Assembly: GCA_964016885.1 (NCBI GenBank)
Contig: OZ024747.1
Location: 88,598,001-88,662,000 of the forward strand
Source: Eledone cirrhosa
Taxonomy: Eukaryota
Direction of reading: 5' to 3'
DNA: 64,000 bases
The translations under genes and the position numbers were made by a program. Positions 40,920 through 55,592 of the stretch are shown piece by piece (position 1 is the stretch's first letter; every line of letters begins with the position of its first letter). The notes under the pieces are model-generated. The model did not search any database and had not been told where the DNA came from. It saw nothing but the letters and a program-made list of their open reading frames with translations.

Positions 40920-41275
40920 ATTGGTGGTGCTGGTGGTGCTGGTGGTGTTAGTGGTGGTGGTGGTGGTGGCGGCAACAGTAGTGCTGGTTGTGGTGGTGCT
41001 GGTGGTGGTGCTGGTGGTGGTGCTGGTGGTGGTGCTGGTGGTGCTGGTGGTGTTAGTGGTGCTGGTGGTGATGGTGGTGCTGGTGGTGTTGGTGTTGTTG
41101 TTGGGGATGGTGGTGGTGGTGGTGGTGGTGGTGGTGGTGGTACTGGTGGTGCTGGTGGTGTTAGTGGTGCTGGTGGTGATGGTGGTGTTAGTGCTGGTGC
41201 TAGTGGTGCTAGTGATGGTGGTAGTGCTGGTGCTGGTGCTGGTGTATTGGTGGTGGTGGTGATGGTGGTGGTAAC
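40920..41275. repeat. (GGT/GCT)n low-complexity tract
   Basis: Read directly. Confidence 0.9.
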
Positions 41276-41426
41276 AGCAGTCTGATTGATACTTCGATAC
41301 CATTTAGTATTCGAAACACCATCAACGTATGGGAGAAAAGTTTAATCTGACATGCAGAATTAACTTGACACAGCAGCTAGCATGATTAGAATTATCTAGT
41401 GACTCACATCCAGTTAACATAGAAGA

Positions 41427-41921
41427 ATACATACATACATACATACATACGTACATACATACATACATACATACATACGTACATACGTACAAACGTACAT
41501 ACATACGTACATACGTACATACGTACATACATACATACATACATACATACATACATACATACATACGTACATACGTACATACGTACATACATACATACGT
41601 ACATACGTACGTACGTACATACGTACATACATACATACATACATACATACATACATACATACATACATACGTACGTACGTACATACGTACATACATACGT
41701 ACGTACATACGTACATATGTACATACATACGTACGTACATACGTACATATGTACATACATACTTACATACGTACATACAAACATGCATACTTACATACGT
41801 GCATACATACGTACATACATACATATATATATACATACATATATACCTACGTACGTACATACATACGTACATGCATACATACATATATATACATACATAC
41901 ATACATACATACATACATACA

Positions 41922-41952
<31 letters not shown>

Positions 41953-42040
41953 GTACATACATACATACATATGTACATACATACTTACATACGTACGTAC
42001 ATACGTGCATACGTACATACGTACATACATGCGTACATAC
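41427..42040. repeat. Compound (TACA/TACG)n microsatellite
   Basis: Read directly. Confidence 0.95.
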
Positions 42041-42194
42041 TGCGATAGCTGGCACCTTCAAAATTTGCAAAACATTCTTGCGATTCAAGGGATGACAATT
42101 TCTTTTCTTTTACAACCTTGCCACCGGGAAGGTGGCCGGTCAAAAAAAATATACTCGAAATTAAGAGAAAGAGAAAACATACATACATACATAC

Positions 42195-42813
42195 ATGGTG
42201 GCTGCCAACTCGTTTTCGAGTACGGCCACTACTTTATATCCATGTAGGAGAACCCCTACCGATGCGCTGAACGAGTGTGACTTTTTAGTCCAGCCAGCGA
42301 CTTGAAAACTCTGGTACAAACACTACACTTGTGACAATTATTGACACATAGTGCTGGGCCCATGGTACCATGTGACGACAAGTGCAGAGAGATCTCCAGA
42401 TATAAAGCAATGCCTGTGCCGTGAAGCTTTTATAGTGAGCAAAGGCACTGCACAAAGCCAGTCCCACTCTCTTGACCAAGATGATATTTACCAAAAAGAA
42501 GAACAAGTCAACATCATTGGATACCATCAGGGTTGCAGGTGTTATATCAGAGTTTTCCTTCTCCTAGAATTCTGCCTTGACAAAGGCTAAGGGGTCATCT
42601 CTCCCGGTGATTTTGGATGGCCATTGACTCTTAAGAGCTCCTTTGCCCTTTGACAGGTTTTGTTTTTAGTCCTGCAGGATGTCCAAAGTCACCCTCCTCA
42701 CCAAGAAACCTTGGTGGGGTTGCCAGTTTAGTCGCCAACGACCCGACCATGAGACAGGTTGTACTGGGATACATGTTACCAGTAGCACCAACTGGTGACC
42801 TGACATACATACA

Positions 42814-42845
<32 letters not shown>

Positions 42846-44524
42846 CTCATAAATACATACGTACATACATACATACATATGTACATACAAAGTTACATAT
42901 ATACATGGTGGCTGCCAACTCGTTTTCGAGTACGGACACTACTTTATATCCATGTAGGAGAACCCCTACCGAACCCCTACCGAACCCCTACGAGTGTGAC
43001 TTTTTAGTCCAGCCATTGACTTGAAAACTCTGGTACAAACACTACGCTTGTGACAATTATTAACACATAGTGCTGGGCCCATGGTACCATGTGACGACAA
43101 GTAAAGGGAGATCTCCAGATATAAAGCAATGCCTGTGCCGTGAAGCTTTTATAGTGAGCAAAGGCACTGCACAAAGCCAGTCCCACTCTCTTAACCAAGA
43201 TGATATTTATCAAAAAGAAGAACAAGTCAATATCATTGGATACCATCAGGGTTGCAGGTGTTATATCAGAGTTTTCCTTCTCCTAGAATTCTGCCTTGAC
43301 AAAGGCTAAGGGGTCATCTCTCATACATACTTACATATATACATACATACAAAATACGTACATACAAACATGCATACTTACATACGTGCATACATACGTA
43401 CATACATACATACATACATACATACATACATACATACATACATACATACATGCATACATACATACATATATACATATATACATATATACATATATACATA
43501 TATACATACATATATGGTGGCTGCCAACTCGTTTTCGAGTACGGACACTACTTTATATCCATGTAGGAGAACTCCTACCGATGCGCTGAACGAGTGTGAC
43601 TTTTTAGTCCAGCCAGCGACTTGAAAACTCTGGTACAAACACTACACTTGTGACAATTATTGACACATAGTGCTGTGCCGTTGGTACCATGTGACGACAA
43701 GTGCAGAGAGATCTCCAGATATAAAGCAATGCCTGTGCCGTGAAGCTTTTATAGTGAGCAAAGGTACTGCACAAAGCCAGTCCCACTCTCTTAACCAAGA
43801 TGATATTTATCAAAAAGAAGAACAAGTCAATATCATTGGGTACCATCAGAGTTGCAGGTGTTATATCAGAGTTTTCCTTCTCCTAGAATTCTGCCTTGAC
43901 AAAGGCTAAGGGGTCATCTCTCCCGGTGATTTTGGATGGCCATTGACTCTTAAGAGCTCCTTTGCCCTTTGACAGGTTTTGTTTTTAGTCCTGCAGGATG
44001 TCCAAAGTCACCCTCCTCTCCAAGAAACCTCGGTGGGGTTGCCAGTTTAGTCGCCAACGACCCGACCATGAGACAGGTTGTACTGGGATACATGTTACCA
44101 GTAGCACCAACTGGTGACCTGACATATACATACATACATACATACATACATACATACATACATACATACATACATACATACATACATACATACATACATG
44201 GTGGTGGTGGTGGCTGCCAACTCGTTTTCGAGTACGGCCACTACTTTATATCCATGTAGGAGAACCCCTACCGATGCGCTGAACGAGTGTGACTTTTTAG
44301 TCCAGCCAGCGACATGAAAACTCTGGTACAAACACTACACTTGTGACAATTATTGACACATAGTGCTTTGCCCTTGGTACCATGTGACGACAAGTGCAGA
44401 GAGATCTCCAGATATAAAGCAATGCCTGTGCCGTGAAGCTTTTATAGTGAGCAAAGGCACTGCACAAAGCCAGTCCCACTCTCTTAACCAAGATGATATT
44501 TACCAAAAAGAAGAACAAGTCAAC
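42195..44524 (-). mobile_element. Array of 4 RTE-derived non-autonomous elements (about 610 bp) separated by (CATA)n
   Basis: Copies at 42195-42803, 42906-43321, 43514-44123 and 44198-44524. The minus strand carries an RTE-like 5' UTR motif (ctaggagaaggaaaactctga), a C2H2 relic HKCSVCTRVFKSLAGLKSHTRSAHR* and a (TATG)n tail. Confidence 0.72.
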
Positions 44525-44815
44525 ATACATACATACATACATACATACATACATACATACATACATACATACATACATACATACATACATACATACATGT
44601 ATTTATAACATCTCATTATAATAATTTTCTATTTCCGAATATTTTACAGAATACTGCAAATAGCTTTGCAATTTACTTTCCAAATATAGAGGAAATTCTT
44701 TATATTGTTAATCACAAAGCGAGATTATAATTCAATTTTTAACTTCAATAATTGTATATAGTTTAGCATCCATATGGAAAATGTGTTTTGTATGAGATTG
44801 CATAGTTTCGAAGTC

Positions 44816-44846
<31 letters not shown>

Positions 44847-44867
44847 CACACACAGGCACACACACAC

Positions 44868-44999
<132 letters not shown>

Positions 45000-45002
45000 T
45001 TA

Positions 45003-45085
<83 letters not shown>

Positions 45086-45374
45086 GTGTGTGCGTGTGGG
45101 TGTGTATGTGTGTGTGTATATATATATATATATAATAAGGTGTTGTAGTTTGCCTGAAGCATTGTCGAATATGAGATACAAATACGACTAGGAAATGTGT
45201 TTGGTTATTGGAAGCTGGACAATGTGTGTTTGATTTCTCGAATTCCACACAGTTCCTCCCCTCAACCAACTTCCCTTGATAATGGATGGAATGGTAGGGG
45301 TGTTGTAGTGACATACAGCGTGTCTAGAGCATTTTAAACCTGATTGAGCCCAGCTGATTTCTTCCAGATAAGAA

Positions 45375-45489
<115 letters not shown>

Positions 45490-48184
45490 GACTCCAGTAC
45501 TGGACTGGTACTTTTCTTTTATCGACCTCGAAAGGAGGAAAGCCAACGTTGAGGATTGAGTTCTATTCGATGGTTTAAAACTCTACCAATTCGCTGTCTA
45601 TTAAAATATTGAATTATATAGATATTAATATGAATTAATATAATCTTATATGATTGCTTTCTAAGACGAATGAGTGAAGTTTTAAAATAACTCTCTCCCT
45701 GATGGAAGTTATTATGGTGCTATCAATATCTGAAACTGCATATTGTACAATAGAAAAAATAATGGTTTTCAGAACATCCGCTAAATGTTTTCCAATCATT
45801 TGGTTCCAAATGTTTTGCAGCCGAAATGTATGTGTTCAATGGGTTTTGAGATAGTATACAGAATCATGAACTGTTGCGTTTTCATTAAGTTTTAGTCTTT
45901 AATATACGTTGTGGAGTCCCATAATACAGATAATGACTTTATGTTTAATGTATTTAGTTTAAATCAATTTAATTGATTAAGTTAAGTGTAGCCGTAAATA
46001 AAAACAAACCATCTCACTCATTTAATCCTTAATAGATCATGGGATTGTCTGATATACTCAAAGTCCAAATCTCTCGAAAGCATTGTCTTCAGCAAAAGAA
46101 AATTCAATTATAATAATTGTTTCAAGAATCAAGCTTGTATAGCCTACTGAGCTTTATAGAAGTCTACCACCAGTATATACCACCTACATTAAAAGAGGGA
46201 ATATAGCATTGAAATTCTGCAATTATCTTTGTTCTGTAGAACCCAAAGATTTAATATAGTTTAACGGTAGATCTTTAAACCTGGCAGCATGTAAAACATA
46301 GATTTAATATAGTTCAGGTGAGCCTTGAAGAAGCTCCCTCATTGACAAATGGCAAGTAACAACACTACAGATATTCCAAAACGGAAAATGAAGGGAAAGG
46401 CAAGGGCTCTAGAGTCACCGAAGGATAGAACTGGGGGAAAGGATTTGTGCTTCGTGATAGAACCCATTATCCGTATCGTCATATCGAATCCGCTTATAAA
46501 TGAATAAATTATTAGAACTATTACGATATAGAACTATTACTATATAGCTCTATATTTTCCAGTTAATATTTCTCAAGTTTACAGTTTCTTTCTGTTAAAC
46601 CTGTAAATATAATACCCTTCTTCTTTACCTCCCTTAAGATAGTAATTTTCATTGAGATAAGCTGGCGAATCGTATGTTTTTTTTCGAGACACATTCCGTT
46701 GCGTAAGCCACTGCGTATTGTAATATATGAGAAGCTACTTGCATTTAATGCAAAGTCACAAATAGGTGATTAGAGATAAACCAAATATGACGGAGAAAGA
46801 CAAGAGTAGTACTTTTGACTTGACCAAACAATGAGGGGTGAAGTAACATTATGCAGTTAATGGTAACGATTTTCCATTGTTGTAATCCTGTAGTAACGTA
46901 ATACATTGAGAGAGTACTCTTCATGGAATAGGTATATATAAGAAAACAGATTCAACAACAGAAACATTTCAATATTTTATAGTTGTCCTTGTTTTTCAAT
47001 TTTTTCTTACTTTCTGCTTCTTTTACTTTTTTATTAAATTCCTCTTCACCCCACCACCACCAACTTCACTTGACTGTGTCTTTCTTGTTTGTATTTCTTA
47101 ATTATAAGGAATATTAGATGCCTCTTCAAGTCTATCTCGGCTTGCTAATGCTATACCGGCGTTTAAATTGATGAAATAAATAAATAAGGCTTGCGAGTGC
47201 ACCAGTGAATCTAACTTATCTAACCTCTAATAGGCAATGTAAGATATTAGCCTCGTGAGCTGGAATGGCATTTTGGTTTTTGCTTAGACTGATACAGCTA
47301 CCCTTGATCATAGCATTTAATAGAGGTTTTTACATAAAACTATGCTGGGGTTTTTTTTTAGATAGATATAAGCACTTTATCTCTTTCAAGAAAAAAAAAT
47401 CTGCCGATCTGTTTGTAACAATAGCACAGTACAAGTGTTTCGTTAGCTCTGAGTACATCTTACACTCCGTTTATGTATTTGAGAGAGAGAAATAAGCTGT
47501 TATAAATAGCCAAGTTCCAGAGATACTGCAGGAAGAAAACGTTGTCAGCGGTACTTCTACAACAGAATGGATTATGAGATTGACTAAAGAAAGAAATAAA
47601 CAAATTCAATTAACACCACCGCGCCCTAAGCCTAGAGCCCATCACCCTCCTCATCCTTTTCTTCTGTGACCCTAGAGCCCTTTTTTTTATATCTATAGTG
47701 CTGTTGTTATTTGAAATAGATTTGTTTATATTTTTTTTTTTGCTTTTTATTATTAAATAATTATTATTCTGTATGTAAAAAAAAAAAGAAAATAACCACA
47801 ATATAATGAAGAATCCTCTATGTGATATTTCGATTTGCTGGAAATAACCACCAAATCTCGCCCGAATCGAACCCTACTACTTTAAATAAAGAAAATACAC
47901 ATTAGGTAATGTAGTCCTAGATATACCATAGTAGTAGCCATGATGGGAATTACTTTGATCATAGTTCTATTCGTTCAGGGTGGTCTATTAATTAGGGCTC
48001 AACAGGAGTTAAACAACAAAATTTTATCAAAGTAAGAAATATAATTGGAAACTCACTAGACGCCAATAAACGAGATGTAATAATTTCTATTCACAGTTAA
48101 TATCGAAATAACATAACTCAATCTGTGAGTGAAGAATGAAATAAGAATATGTTTATGATATAAGTAAATAGAATAAATAACTAC

Positions 48185-49020
48185 ACTGTCTCAGTGTGAG
48201 TGCGTCTGTGAAACATATATACACACCAGGGCCGAACACAAAGGAACCAAACTCCCGCTGTTCCTGCCTCCCTCTCTCCCGCTCTCCCCATCTCTCACTA
48301 TTATGAGTAAATGGGGGCCCACGTGCTGGCCGCCCCGCGGCCCGCAGTCTGAATAGAGAAGGCGTTTCCCCGGAGGATGGTGAGGGAGACGCGCTGGAAG
48401 AGCCATTCCAACATGCGAAGCTCACGCTTGCGGGTAGCCTACTCCGTACCGATGGTGGTGAGTAGGGAAGTGGCTCTAGGGCCAAAGACTCCAGAGATCT
48501 CCACGGCTATGGGCTCGACTGCAAACCATATTTGGAGAGTTTACCCTCCTCGGTCCGAAGTGCAGCAAAGCCTGGGTTAGTTGCAGACTGCACCAGTCTG
48601 TCGCTGGAGAATGTGTCGCCGCATGGGTATCCCAGATAAGGGGTTTAACCCCGCGGAACGGGGCCATCTGACCTTTTGCCGTCCCCTCGGACAGCACCGC
48701 TGGCTCGAGCTGGGAGGGGAAGCCTGCAGCATCCAAATCATGCTTTATGACCTCTTTCAGAGCAGCAAGGCGGCCGGCACTATAGTGACAGGACAGCGGG
48801 TGAAGGCCGAAAGAGTCTACGGTGGATCCGCGGCTATATTTGTGTTGCTCGCAGATCCGGAGGCCGAGACTCAGGGAAACCCCGATTCGCAGGGTATCAT
48901 TATACAGCTGCATGTTGAGCCAGGCACTGCTGTGGGGTTGCGAGGCTAAGCGAAAACATGTGAGGTGATGCTGGTCGAGCTGGCGCACCAGCCTGTCCCA
49001 GGCCATGTTGCACTGGATGA
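48185..49020 (-). mobile_element. 5'-truncated CRE-type RLE LINE (Zn knuckle + endonuclease + 3' UTR)
   Basis: SAWLN..LRIGVSLSLGL..VDSFGLHPLSC..LEP..KPLIWD, and WLFQRVSLTILRGNA in another frame. Confidence 0.8.
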
Positions 49021-49211
49021 CATCCCATTATATATAACTTCTGACTATTTGTGTGAGAATTTCATCTTTTCTTCGTCTTTCTTACTCATTCTTTCCTTCT
49101 GTTTGTTTTTCCTTTAATCCTTTGGGATTTACATTACTCTATATTTACTATTATATTTTCATGGTAAAGGCTTTACTTCATATAATTATCTCACATTATA
49201 TCGAAGCTACG

Positions 49212-49397
49212 TTTAGTGAATTGGCAGTATCGGTAGAGGGTCGGACGCCATGCTTTGACGCATAGAGTTACGGCCCTTGCCATTCTGAGTTCAAATCCCG
49301 CCGAGGTTAACTTTGCCTTTCATCCTTACGGGGTCGATAAAATAAAGTACCAGTAATACACTGGGAAATTGCTGGCCTTGTGCCAAAAGTAGAAACA
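49212..49397 (+). mobile_element. Group A SINE with 17-bp target-site duplication
   Basis: attatatcgaagctacg at 49195-49211 and 49398-49414. Confidence 0.92.
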
Positions 49398-49963
49398 ATT
49401 ATATCGAAGCTACGAGATTTTGACGTTATTCATTTTGAGAACAATACCTTAACATTGGTATGAGTGACCGGTCACGGACAGTTTGAACAGAAAGAGTTGA
49501 GAGAGTTCTGGCCGGATACGGTCGGTTTAAATGCTGAAGGGTTAAACTTTTCTCTTTTCTCTTTTACACTCTTGTTCCTCTTTCTTTGTGTTGTCTTTAG
49601 ACATCCTCCCCATTTTGTCATCTAATCCTCTACTTTTTTATTTATCATTTCAGTATTTCTTTATTCATTTCCTTCATTCTCCCTTTATTTCTATTTTTAT
49701 TCCTTTCTATATATGTCTTTATGTCTTCTGGTTTTACTTTTCATCCTTTTTATGGTTTCCTTTTTCTTATTTTCGTGTTTTCTTTCTTTAATGTTATATT
49801 TTATTTTACTTTCATGCTTTTTGGTATTTTTTCTATTTTGTTTTATAGGACTTTTCTCTTCCATATAATTCCTCATGTTTCCTTTCCTTATCTTGTTTTA
49901 CTTTTCAACATATTTTTCTTTCCTTTCCTTCTTCCCCTCTTTCTTTCTTTCTAAAGGGTTATC

Positions 49964-50010
<47 letters not shown>

Positions 50011-50177
50011 CATTATATATATATATATATATATACATTTTATATATGTATATATATACATGTATATATATATATATATAAACCCATACGTACATGTATA
50101 TATGTGTGCATGTATGTATATATATACATACTACTGTACGTCTGTATACATATATGTTTGTACGTATACATACTTAC

Positions 50178-50261
<84 letters not shown>

Positions 50262-50271
50262 ATATATATAT

Positions 50272-50407
<136 letters not shown>

Positions 50408-51475
50408 TATAACAACTCTTTGCTGATTTTTGTGAATTATGTAGGTTATCTACAGAAGGCCTATACTTTTAGAGAACAGGATATTGAATAATAGCTCATC
50501 CATGCATTTTCGCAGAACATGGATGACCTACGTTAAGGAAATTAGCTTAAACCAGGGATTAACCCCGGATAGTGAACTAACTGGAATCTTATATGTTATA
50601 GATTTTTTAAAATATGGATTTTTAAGAAACCCCACATGTAGAGGATAAATGTAGTCAATTATATCGACCTCAGTACATAACCGTTTCTTAATTTATCGAC
50701 CCTGGAAGGATGTAAAAAAAGTTCGAGCGAGTTAGTTTTGAATGTAAAAGGCACGCAACTTAATATGGCAAAGCCTTTTGTCCGTCATGCTACCCGATTC
50801 TGCCAATATTCCACCCTACTAAACATTGATTATTGTTAATAAAACAAAATAGTCAATTTGTTTGACAAAGCTGATATAATCAATAGAATCAATACTCATG
50901 CGTTACTAGTATATATTTTATGCGTAACAAATGGATGAAATACAAAGGTGATATCGTTCTTATTTGAACTGAAAACATCTGAAAAACAAAAAGAAAGATT
51001 GTAAAATCAATTAGTGCAACTTTTACTGGTTCACTCCTCACCATGTCTCTATCGCCAAATATTAAGTAGCATATACGATAGTTTCAGGAACACTAATGCA
51101 CTGCCTGTCACTTCCACAATTCCCTGGCTTAATTTCAGTTGGCAGCTAAAGCTAAAAGGAATTAAATCGAATGCAAAATAAAACAAACACAAAAACAACT
51201 ACCATTTTCCTACCCCTTTTACTTTTGAAGATATTTCTTAGAAGTTTTATACATATTTCTAAAATCTATATATGTCGGCTTGACATCTATATTTCCTCTT
51301 GTTATGACAATCTTGTTAACCATTATGATTTTTTTCAAAATTCTTTTAAACATTATGTATCGGATAATATTCCATTTATACACTTATACATTATTTAAAA
51401 TGACAGCATATATATGGTAAGTGTGATTTAAGGATAAGGGCAATACACTATCATAGCTTGTCACTAAGTATATTC

Positions 51476-51545
<70 letters not shown>

Positions 51546-51837
51546 TCGTTTGATATTTATGTAAAGAATTATTACGCTAAAAATTATTAATGTTTTATGT
51601 TGAGAAATGATAGTGGGTCTCATAATCAGCTGAATTAAAAGAATGACCTCATGTTTATGTCTATGTCGTTATTGTTGTTGTCGTTGTTGTGGCCCATGCC
51701 GTTATTCTTTATGCCCAGGTCATCTGCTGGTCGAAAAACCTTTAATCAAAGGTATTGCAGCTGTGGTCATAATATCTTCTCTCCCTGATAAATAGTAAAG
51801 CATTTTATACTTTTTATATTATCTTAGTGTATGTGAA

Positions 51838-51868
<31 letters not shown>

Positions 51869-51885
51869 GTGGGGGGGGAGAAAGA

Positions 51886-51950
<65 letters not shown>

Positions 51951-52524
51951 TGTATGTATATATATTCGTGTGTGCGTGCATGTATAACAACTCAGTTGAC
52001 GTCTGCTTTACAAGCTAGCTAATCAACCGTCATTTTAATAGTGGTATTACCGACTTTATAGAGAAGTTGAGAAAGTTGATCCTACACAGCGATAGATATT
52101 TACATTCAATTAAATGGCTTCTATGTCAGTATCATGCATTACTGGTGTCAGGACAGACATCAATGAATTATATTAGCTAGCTGTCTGTTGGCCTGTTTGC
52201 TTGGCTATCTGCGGTACTTGCAGAATGTTTTAAGAAGTCAGTATTTGGAGAAAAAACTTTTGCTGACATCGATATTTGCATTCTCATGTGTTATAAAACT
52301 ATAATGTCATTCTATACATTAGAATGGACCTCCGTTGGTTTCGACGATGAGCCTTCCGGTTGTTTCGTCAACAGAACAGACAGCTCGTGGTTTAACGTAA
52401 TTTTCAAAAAGATTTAGTGCGACACTGTTTGATAAAAACTGAACCTTTGTGTGTGTATTATGTGAAGAAAAAGTAGATATGTAAATGTATTTGTGCTTTT
52501 TAAGTAACTATTTAAAAATGAAAT

Positions 52525-52660
52525 GGGTCCCCATTTGCTCCTGATAGTGAGAGATGGGGAGAGCGAGAGAAACGGAGGCAGTGACAATGGGAGTTTGGTT
52601 CTTTTGTGTTCGGACCTGGTGTATATATATGTTTTACAGACACACACTCACACTGACCTA
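52525..52660 (+). mobile_element. CRE-type LINE 3' UTR fragment (a weaker copy lies at about 6055-6125, +)
   Basis: Reverse complement of the 48190-48320 segment. Confidence 0.75.
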
Positions 52661-53339
52661 CTTTTATGGTAGCTTCCTGGGATTAGAAAAAAAAATTATT
52701 TCACTGGGACTCTTACTAACAACTCTCACTAAGCATCTACTAAATACAAATCTACCTTTTTCAGTTATTAGCTAGTTATTGTGCTACCTGGCGTTGAAAT
52801 ATACTAATTTACTTCCAATTCTCTAGTATTAAAATATATTACTATCTATTCGCTCGGCAGAAGCCACTTTTCCCTTAAATCGTTTTGTATCATCTTTAAA
52901 AAAGAACATCTTGGATAAAGTAATTCTAAACACATCGTATCCGCAATGAAATATTGTGTGGTCAAAAGAAGAACAGCGTTAATCATAGGTTTGCTCGATC
53001 GGGTTTCACCTGGAGCTAACCAATCATAGAGTAACCTGTAGCATAAGGAGAAATCTAGAGATGTCGGAATTTAAAGCGTGTAAACAGCTTAAAGGTGTTT
53101 ATTCAATCAGATTTTCGTAGTAAGAAAAATAGATTCAACACTTTCAAAGTATAAGAATAGTTTAGTGTTGCAGATATATACACAAATCCTTAATCTCTGT
53201 TGCAAAATGTCTACATTAATAGGCAAAAGTTAATAAATAAATAAAAAGAAAACGAAACTAAATACATAAATAATTATGTAATTTTTGGAGTCGATACTGT
53301 ACAAATAACTTAGACGCGAGTCCATTTTATTACTGGTCG

Positions 53340-53600
53340 CCGTCACGACCTCAGGCGTACTTGGACCCCGTACTGCCGAGCTCCTCCGCAAGATTGGAAA
53401 TTCAGCAGCCCGTTAGAGGAAGGACCCCCACGAGGTGGGGTGGTTGTTGCACCGGGTGTAGCTGGCCATTGTCCGCAGGAATGCTTTTATGTTGTCCGCA
53501 GGATGCAGCCCCAACACCACCGTACCCTAGGCCCATCAATCTCCCCCTTCCATTCTTCTGTAATCCTAGAGCCCTTGCCTTTCTCTTCCTTTTCTGTTTT
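53340..53600 (+). mobile_element. Second CRE-like family, 3' end (related pieces at about 34545-34620 +, 47612-47685 +, 46380-46440 -)
   Basis: Encodes WLLHRV*LAIVRRNA, resembling the RLE C-terminal QRvSlaIxRGNA motif; shared aacaccaccg...ctagagccctt tail. Confidence 0.6.
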
Positions 53601-54313
53601 TAATTGTTAATAAATATATTTAGAAGTATTTTATTAGCATAAAGTCAAGAACGAGATTCCTAGTAAGAATTGCATTTATAACAATGTTTTAAAACTCATC
53701 AAATTGCTTCCCAAGAACTATTTTTAGTAACGTATTTGAATTTGTGTTATTTTATTTTTAATTGCAGTTTGTTAGAAATCGATCCTACCTATTCTTCTCT
53801 ATCACCTTCTCAGATAATCTCTTACATCCGAAAAGATTCTTCTCCATAATTTCGCAGAATTAAATTTAAATTTAAATGAAAAACAAGTAATTATATATTA
53901 CATGCAGTTAAACAAAATAACCTGGCGTGGTGGTCTAAAATCTCGTAAATAACTAGGAAAGTGTTTACATGTCTCGTATGTCTCTTGATACTTGCAAATC
54001 GATTAATTAAAATACAAACTAACAAGGATTAATTCAACAAGTACACGCGCTCGTGCTTACATTAACGTCTAAACTGATCTCATTAAAAACACAAATGAAA
54101 TGAGAAAACGATCAATAAATTAAGGACAATAAATATGTTTCCATTTATTGGCAAATACACCCGAAAAAGGTTGGCACGACATGTTTCTCGTTTAATTCTG
54201 TTGTCGTTTCTAAATTGAAAAATATATATAAAATTCCATTCCTTTTCATGTTGGTTTATATTCTTACTGATTTAAATAGTTTCATATAGAAATAAAAAAA
54301 TAATTACTTAAAC

Positions 54314-54506
54314 CAGACGTGTCAACTCTCCCCGTCCGATGGAGATCTCTCACTCACTTTGTTGTGGGTGAGAGATGTCTTCTCTTGTGAAAATGGGTAT
54401 AGCTTTCAGTATGTAAAATCTCCCCATTTTGCATAATTTCTCCCCTTTTGGGGTCACTTTTTCTCACGGTACTTTAGGTTTGGATTTTTAGAGGTTGGTA
54501 GGTCTG
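54314..54506. mobile_element. MITE, copy 3
   Basis: Same body and TIRs. Confidence 0.75.
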
Positions 54507-54911
54507 ATACAATTTGCGGATCACAACTTCTGGAAGAAATGAGATGAAATAAAGTATTTTGCTCAAGAACACAACTCACTAACCACTAAGCCACGCACAT
54601 TTCATTTAGGTGTTACTCTAATATACGGTTATTGTTATGTATGATTCTCTAGTGATATTCTACGATCATTTTTTTACTATATTTTTACGTGTGTGTATAT
54701 CTAAAAATATATGAGGGCGTTCATTAATCCTCAGAGATTAATAATCGGCAATATATTCACACCAACTATTAAACAGTATCAACCAAGGGTATTCGTACAT
54801 TTTTGATTGATAATTTATGCTAGAATCTGCTTAAAAAGTATCAAAAGGGATTTCACATTAATTTGATCACAATAAACAAAAAAAATTATAAACAAATATA
54901 TTTCAAATAAT

Positions 54912-55241
54912 GGTTTCTGCGGCGGGATTTGAACTCAGAACGTAAAGGACCGCAACTCTATGCTGCAAAGAATGGTATCCGATCCTCTACTGATACTGCC
55001 AATCCATCGCCCTAATATATTTCAAATAATAGTTTCTTATATAGGCACAAGGCCAGCAATTTTGGGGTAGGGGAAAGTCGATTAAATCGACCCCAGTACA
55101 TTACTAGTACTTTATTTTATCGACCCTGTAAGGATGAAAGGCTAAGTTAACCTCGGCGGGATTTGAACTCAGACCGTAAAGGACCGTAACTCAATGCTGC
55201 AAAGCCGACTTTCTACCGATACTTCCAATCCACCGTCCTAG
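54912..55241 (-). mobile_element. Group A SINE dimer with a 15-bp flank repeated three times
   Basis: tatatttcaaataat at 54897, 55016 and 55242. Confidence 0.85.
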
Positions 55242-55552
55242 TATATTTCAAATAATAATAACTCGACGGATATTTAAAAACGAAAAAATATCTGTAGTAT
55301 TATTTGAAATATATTTGTTTATGATTTTTTTTTATTTGTAAACAAATAACATGCAATGTGTAAAGATAACGTCCCTGTTTCAAAGTTAACAGGCACACAC
55401 ACACAAACGCGCGCGCGTGTGTGTGTGCGTGGGTGTGTGCGTGGGTGTGCGTGCGTGGGCGTCTATATGTGAAAAGTCAACAAGGAAAAGATCACACGAG
55501 AAAAATACAATACAATGACATATATTTGTTTAATGCGTGATAGTAGGAAACG

Positions 55553-55592
55553 TATCTTAACGTTTCAGTCAGTAGTCCTTCATCGAAAGATA
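55553..55592 (-). ncRNA. Minimal hammerhead-like motif with variant core
   Basis: TATCTT-TCGATGA-AG...CT-GAAAC-GTT-AAGATA; AACGTT palindrome. Confidence 0.45.

Noticed and set aside
40800-41303. Gly-rich, Thr-rich and Val-rich ORFs
   Set aside because: Open in several frames only because of the (GGT/GCT)n tract; no splice or domain evidence
46020-46260. Possible PLE endonuclease relic (PTEL, CNYLCSVE)
   Set aside because: Too decayed to support by eye; the same applies to possible old LINE relics at about 13150-14650 and 21400-22000
47815-48020. Old dispersed repeat also resembling about 30490-30640, 52845-53020, 3880-4010 and 51680-51790
   Set aside because: The similarity looks real but is too diverged to delimit or classify without alignment
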